Below the pieces are notes generated by a model. It did not search any database. It had not been told where the DNA came from and saw only the letters and a program-made list of their open reading frames with translations. A program made the translations under genes and the position numbers. Shown one piece after another: positions 18,723 through 26,528 of a stretch of DNA of 64,000 bases. Positions within the stretch are counted from its first letter, which is position 1. Each line of letters opens with the position of its first letter. This DNA is from Candidatus Eiseniibacteriota bacterium (lineage in GTDB: Bacteria; Eisenbacteria; RBG-16-71-46; JABDJR01): the NCBI GenBank assembly GCA_963783375.1, contig CAWANH010000028.1, positions 54,103-118,102 of the forward strand, given 5' to 3'.

Positions 18723-19970
18723 TCATTCCCCGCCCGGCTCCCTCCGCCGCGTGATCACCACCGCGGTGGTGTCGTCCTCCCAGGGGCGGCCGCCGCCGAA
18801 CCGCGCCGCCTCGGTGAAGAGCGCGTCGAGGATCTCCGCCGCGGGGCGGTCGCGAAGCCGGACCAGGATCGCCTCGACCCCCGGATCGCCGAACATCTCC
18901 TCCCGCGCGTTCTCCCGCTCCAGCAAACCGTCGGTGACGATGACCAGGGAATCGCCGGGATCCATGCGGGCCCAGCTCCGGCGGAAGTACTGGTCCCGGA
19001 CCGGCCCCAGGATGGTGCCCCCGACCTCCAGGCGCCGCACTCCCCGGTCCCCGATCAGCCAGGGCGCGGGATGGCCGGCGTTCACGTAGACCAGGTCCCC
19101 GGTGGTTTCGAGATCGGCGTAGAAGAGGGAGACGAAACGGGACGACAACGCGCTTCGGCTGATCACCCGGTTCAGGCGCCGGATGATCTCCACGATCCGG
19201 AGGGCGCGCTCCGCCCCCATCCGGATCCCGGTCACCGTGTCCCGGGCCAGCAGCGCCGCGCCCAGCCCGTGGCCGCTGGCGTCGCCGACCGCCACCACCA
19301 GGGTGTCGGCCTCGGAGGAAATGAAATCGTAGAAGTCGCCGCCCACCTGTTCGGCGGGGCGCGACCGCGCCGCGATGTCGAATCCCCGAAAAGGCGGGGG
19401 CGACTCGGGGAGGAGCGCCTGCTGGATCTCCGCGGCCTGGGCTATGTCCATCTGCAGGCCCTCGACCGTCAACTGGAGGTTGAGGGCGTTCCGGATGGTC
19501 TGGAGGGCGAAGTCGAGATCGTCCCGCTGCCATCCCGGCCGGAGGCCGAACGCAAGCACCCGCCGGGGGACGCTGTCCACGCTGAAGGCGGCGGATTCCG
19601 GGCCGCCGAGGCGTCCTTCCAGCTCCGGGGACTGACCTTCCACCGTCTGGTCGAAGATGAAGACCCGGTGCTCGAGGACCTTCCCGAGCGGGCCGTATTC
19701 GGCGGGGAGGGTCAACCCCACCGAGTTCGGATCGCGGGACCCGATCCCGTGCACGAGCCGGAAGCCCCGATGGTCCTCCTCGTAGACGCGCCCGCTATCG
19801 ATCATGAGCTCGACGCCGAACCGGCTCACGATCTCGTCGACCAGCCACGGAAACCACTCCGGGTTGAGCGGCCCGCCGCGCCGCTCGTGGAGCAACAATT
19901 CCAGCTCGCGATAAAAATGCTTCGGTTGAAACACGCAACGTCTCCTGATGGGGATCAAACCTGACTTCAA
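18723..19970 (-). CDS. PP2C-family (SpoIIE/RsbU-like) serine phosphatase with an N-terminal sensory (GAF-like) region
   Basis: Track ORF. Motifs GGDFYDF, VAVGDASGHGLGAALLA, LFYADL...YVNAGHP and VIVTDGLLE are classic PP2C/SpoIIE signatures. Confidence 0.85.
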   Translation of the reverse strand: MKSGLIPIRRRCVFQPKHFYRELELLLHERRGGPLNPEWFPWLVDEIVSRFGVELMIDSGRVYEEDHRGFRLVHGIGSRDPNSVGLTLPAEYGPLGKVLEHRVFIFDQTVEGQSPELEGRLGGPESAAFSVDSVPRRVLAFGLRPGWQRDDLDFALQTIRNALNLQLTVEGLQMDIAQAAEIQQALLPESPPPFRGFDIAARSRPAEQVGGDFYDFISSEADTLVVAVGDASGHGLGAALLARDTVTGIRMGAERALRIVEIIRRLNRVISRSALSSRFVSLFYADLETTGDLVYVNAGHPAPWLIGDRGVRRLEVGGTILGPVRDQYFRRSWARMDPGDSLVIVTDGLLERENAREEMFGDPGVEAILVRLRDRPAAEILDALFTEAARFGGGRPWEDDTTAVVITRRREPGGE

Positions 19971-20174
19971 AGGGGATCAAAGGCGAAGGATTCTATCACG
20001 TTTGGCGAGCCGTCACGCGGGGCAGTCCACGGGGCCTCCGCGAATTCAGGGTTGGAGGAAGCGGTATCGATTCCGCCATCGTCTCCCTCAACCCCCGATA
20101 CAAACCATGGCCCGGCAACCCGTTCCGGCGCTCCGCCCTCCCCCGCGCTCCCTCGCTCTGCTATCCTTCCCGCC

Positions 20175-21548
20175 ATGAAACACGTCGCCCTTTTCCTGAC
20201 CCTGGCCCTGGTCCTGGCCGCCTGCGGGTCCGGCCCCCGGGAGAAGGCGCCCGCCTCCGGCGACGGCGCCCCCGCGGAAACCACGGCCAAGGCCGGAAAG
20301 CTGACCCTCCCCTTTCTGGCCGACGACTACGCCGGCGCCCTGAGCCAGGCCCGGGAGCGGAAGCTCCCCATCTTCATCGAGACCTGGGCTCCCTGGTGAC
20401 ACACCTGTCGCTCGATGAAGGCCTTCGTCTTTACCGATGAGGCCCTCGAGAGCGAAGCCGGGCGGTTCGTCTGGCTCGAGCTGAACACGGAACGCGCGGA
20501 GAACGCCCCGGTGGTGGCCGCCCTCCACGTCCAGGCCCTCCCTACCTATTACATCGTGGACCCGGAGAGCGAGCGCATCCTGGCCCGCCGGCTGGGCGGC
20601 GCCACCGTGGCCCAGCTCAAGGGCTTCCTGGACTCGGGCTACGACACCTTCGCCGGCACCGGACTCGCCCCCGCCGATCGCCACGTGGCGCGCGCCGAAT
20701 CGCTCTACGCCGCGGGGGACATGCCCGCCGCGATCGCCGCCTACCGCGTCGCCCTGGACGAGGGCGGCCCGGAATGGTCCGGCTATCCCATGACCATGGA
20801 AGCCCTCCTCTACGCGCTCCAGATGCACGAGGAGTTCGAGCCCGCGGCGATCCTCGCCCGGGAGAGCTATCCCCGCCTCCGCCGCACCGCCTCCGCGGCC
20901 AACGTGGCCGGGGTGGGGCTCGACAGCGCCCTGGAGCTGGCGTCCGACGACCCCGATCGGGCCGGGCTCATCCACGACCTCATGACCGACGCGGAGGAGG
21001 TCACCTCCGACCGCTCGATCCCCGTGGCCGCCGACGACCGGTCCTCGGTGTTCGGCTCGCTCATCTCGGCCCAGGAAAGCCTCGGGGATTCCGCGGCGGC
21101 GCGCGCGACCACCGAGGCCTGGGCGGAATTCCTGGAGGGCGAGGCGGCCCGGGCCCGGACCCCCGACGAACGCGCGGTGTTCGACTCCCACCGCCTGAGC
21201 GCCTACCTGGAGCTGGGCGAGCCCGAGCGAGCGATTCCCATGCTCCGGCGATCCGAGCGCGACCTCCCCGGCGACTACAACCCACCGGCCCGGCTCGCCG
21301 TCGCCTACCTCCGGATGGGCCGGCTCGACGACGCCCTGAGCGCCTCGGATCGCGCCCTGGCCAAGGCCTACGGGCCGCGAAAGCTCCGCATCCTCCTCAA
21401 CCGGGCGGACATCCTGGTCGCGAAAGAGGACCCGGCCGGGGCCCGCAGGACCCTGGAGGACGCCCTCGACCTGGCCCGGGGCATGCCGCCGGAGCAGCGA
21501 TCGAAGTCGATGATCGCCCGGATCGAAAAGCGCATCGCGGGGACATGA
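20175..21548 (+). CDS. Thioredoxin-fold + TPR-like lipoprotein with in-frame UGA at 20397-20399; candidate selenoprotein (W-U-H-T-C)
   Basis: ATG 20175 with a lipoprotein signal (LALVLAACGSG). Track ORFs ending at 20399 and starting at 20415 share one frame. The joined sequence reads [25 protein letters not shown]...VQALPTYYIVDPES, followed by a helical repeat region. Confidence 0.7.
20414..20429 (+). promoter_or_regulatory. Candidate bacterial SECIS hairpin downstream of UGA 20397-20399
   Basis: 6-bp stem GATGAA / TTCGTC (one G-U pair) with loop GGCC (20420-20423). The stem starts 15 nt after the UGA, the same spacing as at 8200. Confidence 0.4.
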
Positions 21549-23029
21549 CCTTGCCCGCCCCGCGCGCGCTTCGGCCGACGACCGTTCCCGGGGCGATCGC
21601 CGTCACCGCCCTCGCCCTCTTCGTCTTCGGGATCGCGCCGGCCCGCGCCGGCGGCATCGTCATCGACGGCCGGTTCGACGACTGGGCGGGGACCGCGCCC
21701 GCCTACGAACGCGCGCACGCGGAGACCCCGCCGGCGGGCGAACGGGCCGATGCGCGGACGGTGATCGAAGCGGTGTGGGTGTCATCCGACCGCGACCGCC
21801 TGGCCGTCCGCTTCCGGCTGAGCCGCGCGATCTCCCTCCAGAAGGACAACACTCTCGTCCTGGATCTGGACACCGATCTGTCCGGGTCGACCGGCTTTCT
21901 CCCCGATGGCGCCGACCTCCGCTGGACCTTCGCCGGGAGCGAGGGGCGGGCCGTCGTACTCGGGGTTCCGGTCCGGCTCACCCCCGCCGCGGTGGGCCTT
22001 CGCCAGGGACCCACCGTCACCTCCCGCGAGTTCGAGGTCTCCTTCGACCGGCGCGCCTCGGTGGCCGGGGCCCCGATCCTCGCCGGGGACTCGGTGACCG
22101 TGGTGTTGCGGGACCAGGGCCCTTCGCCGTTCTCGACCGGCAGGCTCACCGCCGCGCTCTCCGATCGCCTCCCCGAGGCCGGCCCGCCGCCCTCCTTCGC
22201 CCGCCGGGACCCCACCGACCTCCGTCTCCTCACCTACAACGTCCTCTTCGACGGCTGCTTCGACCGCCCCGAGCCCTTCCGGCGGATCCTCCGGGCCCTC
22301 GACCCCGACGTCGTCTGCTTCCAGGAGATCTACAACCACTCCCCCGAAGAGGTGCGGGAGTGGATGGAACAGACGCTACCCGGAATCCGGTGGATGATCG
22401 CGGGAGACGGCGGCCAGGGGATCGTGGCGAGCCGCTACCCGGTCCGGGACTCCGGACCCCTGGGGGCGAGGCGCCGGGGCGGCTGGGCGCGGATCGGGAC
22501 CCCCGAAGGCGACCTCCTGGTGGTCAATCCCCACCCCCCCTGCTGCAACGACGACGCCGGCCGGGAACGGGAGTTCGACGCCATGGCCGCCTGGATCCGG
22601 GACGGGCGCCGCGCCGGGCGCCTGTCCGCGAACATCCCCCTGGTGATCGCGGGGGACATGAACCTGGTCGGGGACGCCCGCCAGCTGGCCACCCTGCTCA
22701 CCGGGACCATCGTGGACACCGCGGCCTTCGGCCCGGGGGCCGCTCCCGACGGGGACGGAACCCCCCTCGAGGACGCCGTCCCCCTCCACCTCACCGGGCG
22801 CGAGTCCTATACCTGGCGAAACGACCGCGGGGCCTTCGCTCCCGGCCGGCTCGACTACATCGTCTTCTCGGACAGCGTGCTCGGGCTGGCCCGGTCGTTC
22901 GTGCTGTGGACCCCGGATCTTCCGCCCGCGTTTCTCGAGGCGTCCGGGCTCGAGCCCATGGACACCGCGATCGCCTCGGACCACCTGCCGGTGGTGGCCG
23001 ACTTCTACTTCCCCGGCTCCTCCCGCTGA
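21545..23029 (+). CDS. Exported endonuclease/exonuclease/phosphatase (EEP) family protein
   Basis: ATG 21545 overlaps the previous stop (ATGA). It has a signal/TM segment. The C-terminal half has LRLLTYNV, VVCFQEI, AGDMNLVGD and IASDHLPVVADF (EEP motifs). Confidence 0.85.
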   Translation: MTLPAPRALRPTTVPGAIAVTALALFVFGIAPARAGGIVIDGRFDDWAGTAPAYERAHAETPPAGERADARTVIEAVWVSSDRDRLAVRFRLSRAISLQKDNTLVLDLDTDLSGSTGFLPDGADLRWTFAGSEGRAVVLGVPVRLTPAAVGLRQGPTVTSREFEVSFDRRASVAGAPILAGDSVTVVLRDQGPSPFSTGRLTAALSDRLPEAGPPPSFARRDPTDLRLLTYNVLFDGCFDRPEPFRRILRALDPDVVCFQEIYNHSPEEVREWMEQTLPGIRWMIAGDGGQGIVASRYPVRDSGPLGARRRGGWARIGTPEGDLLVVNPHPPCCNDDAGREREFDAMAAWIRDGRRAGRLSANIPLVIAGDMNLVGDARQLATLLTGTIVDTAAFGPGAAPDGDGTPLEDAVPLHLTGRESYTWRNDRGAFAPGRLDYIVFSDSVLGLARSFVLWTPDLPPAFLEASGLEPMDTAIASDHLPVVADFYFPGSSR

Positions 23030-23670
23030 GCCAGGTTCACCAGCAGGAGGCGCAGGATCCGACGGGCGTCGTCCGGCCCCACCCGGTCCACCGCCTCGGC
23101 CAGGGCCCTTAGCGTCCGGGGATCCCGGTCCCCTTCCGGCTCCAACCCCGCCTCGGTTTGGAAGTCCCGGATCGCCCGGTCCGCGCCCTCATCCCACTCC
23201 CCGGTGCCGATGTCCGTCGGGTGGCCGAGCGCGGAGAGGACCGCCTTCAGGAGCACCCGCTCCTCGTAGCTGAACCGGTCCGCGTCGAACCGCGGGGAGG
23301 ACACGACGATCTGGGAAGGGTCGCGGACCTCGATCTGGGGTTTCCCCCGGTAGGTCTCGACGGTTCCGGTGACGCAGACTTCCCGCTGGGCGAACATCCG
23401 GTGGGGCGGGCTTTCGAACTTGCGGTTGTTGTCCCCCCAGATCACCACGGTGAACGTCTGGTCGGGATAGGGCCGGCCGAAGTTGAGGAAGGTGGGCTCC
23501 CCCTTCAGGCGGTCGAAATGAGCGGCCCCGGCCACCGTGCCGCAGACCGTGATCGCCTCGCCCACGTGCTTCGAGGCCTCGGCGGCGGGCACCGGCTCCG
23601 CGCCCCGGACCGGGCTGGCGAGGACGAGTAGGAGCGCGGCGGACAGCGAAACCCGGACGGATCGAAACAT
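23005..23670 (-). CDS. Exported OB-fold-like + peptidoglycan-binding-like domain protein
   Basis: Starts at ATG 23670 (MFRSVRVSLSAALLLVLASPVRG, a signal). ITVCGTVAGA...VCVTGTVETYRGKPQIEV is OB-like. The C-terminal GEWDEGADRAIRDFQTEAGLEPEGDRDPRTLRAL resembles PG_binding_1. Its 3' end overlaps the EEP gene by 25 nt (convergent). Confidence 0.65.
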   Translation of the reverse strand: MFRSVRVSLSAALLLVLASPVRGAEPVPAAEASKHVGEAITVCGTVAGAAHFDRLKGEPTFLNFGRPYPDQTFTVVIWGDNNRKFESPPHRMFAQREVCVTGTVETYRGKPQIEVRDPSQIVVSSPRFDADRFSYEERVLLKAVLSALGHPTDIGTGEWDEGADRAIRDFQTEAGLEPEGDRDPRTLRALAEAVDRVGPDDARRILRLLLVNLAQREEPGK

Positions 23671-23742
23671 CAGAACTCCTTCACCTCGGGCACTTGTCCC
23701 GGCGCCGATACCGTTCATATGGGCGGCCCCGCTCCGGTCCGG

Positions 23743-24360
23743 TCAGTTCATGGTCGCGGAGAAGCGCAGGGCCAGGCTCGTTCCGGTCCAGCTCGCGTCG
23801 ATCCCCTTCTCGGGGAAGGAGTGGTAGCCGAAAGCCAGCGCCACCCCGAGTCCCCAGGAGTCCCCCACCCACCACTCCTTGCCCAGCGACAGGTCGGTGA
23901 TGGGACCGTCATCGGTCTCTCCGCCCGGGCCGTTGGTCGGATCCACGGTCAGGGATCCCCAGCCTACCGAACCGGAGAGGTACACGTTGGCGGGCATGAA
24001 ATAGTAGGTGAGGCCCCCGGCGACCCCGGCCATGCTCACATCTCCGTTGAGTTGGCCCGAGCCGACCCCTTTCCACTCCACGTCGGGATCGCTGGCCACC
24101 CAGCTCAACAAGGTACCGTGAAGGGCGAGGTTCGGGGAGACCATCCCGCCGATGGCGATGTTCAGGTCGCCGGTGGGGCCGCTGACCTCGAAGCTGGCCC
24201 CCTGGTAGTCGATCGACGTCGTGGCGTAGCCCCCTCCGGCGGAGAGCCGGAGGAAGAAGCCGTCGTGGGTGCGGGGGGCGCCGGCGGCGGCCGCCGCCGA
24301 CCAGAGGACGCACAGGAGCACCACCGAGCCGATGATGAGCGCGAAGCGATGGACGGACAT
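23743..24360 (-). CDS. Small outer-membrane beta-barrel protein
   Basis: ATG 24360 follows a GAGGAGG RBS. A signal peptide is followed by alternating Gly/aromatic beta-strand patterns, and the C-terminus is LALRFSATMN. Confidence 0.7.
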   Translation of the reverse strand: MSVHRFALIIGSVVLLCVLWSAAAAAGAPRTHDGFFLRLSAGGGYATTSIDYQGASFEVSGPTGDLNIAIGGMVSPNLALHGTLLSWVASDPDVEWKGVGSGQLNGDVSMAGVAGGLTYYFMPANVYLSGSVGWGSLTVDPTNGPGGETDDGPITDLSLGKEWWVGDSWGLGVALAFGYHSFPEKGIDASWTGTSLALRFSATMN

Positions 24361-24592
24361 GGGTCGTTCCTCCTCATCGATGAAGTGCCGCATGGCTGGA
24401 CTCATCGGACAGGGAAGCGGCGCCGGACTGTCCCCGGGAAGAGCGGGCACGGGGGCGTGCCATCCCCATGCTTAAATCGAATCGGGAAGAAGTGCAATCC
24501 AATTCGGAGGCCCCTCACCAGGAAGGGATCGAGCCACCCGACGGTTGAAGCGGGGACGGTGGGGCCCGGGGCGCCGGCCCGCCCCGGGGGGC

Positions 24593-25456
24593 TCAGACCG
24601 CGGGAACCAGCGTCCCGTCCTCGATGAGCCCGGAGACCACGTCGGGGGCCTCCGACGCATCCGCCCCCAGCTTCGTGATCTCACCGACCAGGGCATCGAA
24701 ATCCCGGGGGGCACCGGCAAAGGCCAGGAACTCGTAGAGGCCCCGGGTGATCTCCGTGGCCCCGGCGGCGAACCGCACGCGGGGACCGTCGTCCCGGACG
24801 AGTTCCAGGAGAAGGAACTCGGGCCGCGCCGGGTCGAGCCGGGTACCCGGCATGGACGCCGGGGAATCGAGCACGGCGCGGGCCAGGTCCCCGGTGGAGC
24901 CGGCGAGCGCCACGTGGATCGCCTCGTGGAGGTCGGCGGTCCGGCGGGGAGCGGTGTGAAGCGCCTTGTCCGTGGAGAGCCGCCAGGCCGAGCCCTCCCC
25001 GGGGTCCTCCGGAGACGGCGGGGCGTCCCGGTGAAGCCGGACGATCGCCTGCTCCAGCCGGGCCAGCGCGGTCACCCTTCGATCGGGCACGCTTCCCGCG
25101 GCGGCCTGATCGGCCAGGTAATCCCCGAAGGCCAGGGCCATCGATCCCCGCTCCTGGACCGAAGCGTGGAAGGGGGCGGAGCCGAAGAAGGCGAGGAGCG
25201 GGCCGGGACCTTCGGCCGAGCGCACGGCCAGCGCCCCCGCGGCCGGGTACTGCTGGAGAAGAATGTTGAGCGAGCGCACCGGGCGCTCGGAGTCGACGCG
25301 CCAGGCGCGCGGATCCGGCCCGAGAAGCCACCCCCGCTCCTCGGCGGTGAGATCGATCCCCGCCAGCGCTCCGTCGGGATCCCCCAGCACCCGCCGGGCG
25401 AACCCCGGGTCGTAGAGCATCCGCACCATGACCCGCTGGAGCGCGACGTGGCTCAT
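24593..25456 (-). CDS. Partner protein of the MNIO gene (occupies the MbnC/TglI/DUF2063 position); family uncertain
   Basis: ATG 25456 overlaps the MNIO stop (ATGA). The N-terminus LQRVMVRMLYDPGFARRVLGDPDGALAGIDLTAEERGWLLGPD resembles LigA/NHLP-type helical domains. Gene order matches known MNIO-partner pairs. Confidence 0.65.
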   Translation of the reverse strand: MSHVALQRVMVRMLYDPGFARRVLGDPDGALAGIDLTAEERGWLLGPDPRAWRVDSERPVRSLNILLQQYPAAGALAVRSAEGPGPLLAFFGSAPFHASVQERGSMALAFGDYLADQAAAGSVPDRRVTALARLEQAIVRLHRDAPPSPEDPGEGSAWRLSTDKALHTAPRRTADLHEAIHVALAGSTGDLARAVLDSPASMPGTRLDPARPEFLLLELVRDDGPRVRFAAGATEITRGLYEFLAFAGAPRDFDALVGEITKLGADASEAPDVVSGLIEDGTLVPAV

Positions 25457-26340
25457 CCGGCCCCCGTTCCCAGGAGCGGTGATCCGGAGAGCACCGAGGC
25501 GATCCGCGCGAAGCCCGGAAGGGTCTCGGGAAGGGGGTTTCGCTCGCACTCGAACACCACCGCCCGGAGGTTCGGGCAGCGGGGCACCAGGTGTTCGAAG
25601 ATCCTCCAGGTCTCGGCCAGCACCTCGGGGGTGTGGTCGTCTTCCACGTACTCCCATCCGTCGTGGGACCGGCCGCTCCCCCCCGCCACGTGCATCTCCA
25701 CGATTCGCTCCATGGGAAACCCGTCCAGGCCGGTGAGCGGCGCGTGCCCGTGGCTCTTCTGGTAGATGGCCAGGTGGGCGCAGTCGAGGAGCATCCCGGT
25801 GTCGGCGCGCCCGATCGCCCGGGCGAAGAAGTCCAGGAGATGGAGGTTCCCCAGGAACACCGCCCCGGGCGGGTTTTCGGGGAACACCTCGTAGCCCACC
25901 GACTCGCGCAGCCGGATCACGCCCTCGGCGATCGCCTCCGCCGAGGCCTCGGAGAGGATCGGGGGAAGGAGCAGCATGTGCCCAGGCTCGCGCCCCCCGA
26001 AATGCCACATCCCGGCATCCCCGCAGAACCAGGCCGGCCGGAGGGCGGCGGCCAGGGAACGAACCTCGTCCAGCCAGGCCGGCTCGAAGTCCTCGGGATC
26101 GTCCAGGTTCAGGTCGAGGAAGTGGTAGGTGGCGGGAAGCCCCAGCCCGGCCCACTCCCGGGCGTGTCGATCGAGCCCGGAGAGCGTCTCCACCCCGACC
26201 TCCAGGAAGCCGGCGTAGGCCGGGTGGAGATGCCGAAGCTCGGGCACGTCGAGACCGCGGGGGGAATCTCCCGCCCCGTATTCGGTAGATACTCCAAGAC
26301 CCAACCGGGGAAGCGCCAGGACACGCTGACTGAAGTCCAT
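25453..26340 (-). CDS. DUF692 family protein (multinuclear non-heme iron oxidase, MNIO; MbnB/TglH/BufB-like), divergent member
   Basis: Track ORF. The layout is DUF692-like: LGLGVSTEY, FLEVGVE, YHFLDLNL, LLLPPILSE, FPENPPG, MLLDCAHLAIY, VEMHVAGG, EDDHTPEV, LRAVVFECE. Confidence 0.8.
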   Translation of the reverse strand: MDFSQRVLALPRLGLGVSTEYGAGDSPRGLDVPELRHLHPAYAGFLEVGVETLSGLDRHAREWAGLGLPATYHFLDLNLDDPEDFEPAWLDEVRSLAAALRPAWFCGDAGMWHFGGREPGHMLLLPPILSEASAEAIAEGVIRLRESVGYEVFPENPPGAVFLGNLHLLDFFARAIGRADTGMLLDCAHLAIYQKSHGHAPLTGLDGFPMERIVEMHVAGGSGRSHDGWEYVEDDHTPEVLAETWRIFEHLVPRCPNLRAVVFECERNPLPETLPGFARIASVLSGSPLLGTGAG

Positions 26341-26528
26341 ATCGAGAGTTTAGCAGCCTGATCCGCTTCCCATCGGGGCCGGGCCGATGCTAGGATCTTT
26401 GCAACCTCCCCTCGGTCCGATCCGTCGGACCCGATACCCCTCGTAGGCCGTCAACCCATGAACATCCTTGATCGCCCGGAGAGGGCCCCCAGGGCCTTCC
26501 GCCGCGGGCCTGTGTACATTCCGAAGCC

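Noticed and set aside
24565-24588. A perfect 9-bp GC hairpin immediately after the stop of the MNIO partner gene. Similar GC hairpins occur after trpS (30681-30708) and after the SGNH gene (29520s-29600s).
   Set aside because: None is followed by a T/U tract on the transcribed strand, so I cannot call them intrinsic terminators. They may be generic GC palindromes.
26350-26373. A 7-codon ORF, MGSGSGC, starting at the only in-frame ATG upstream of the MNIO gene.
   Set aside because: It is too short, has no RBS, and is indistinguishable from chance on its own. It is kept only as part of the longer TTG-initiated candidate in the findings.
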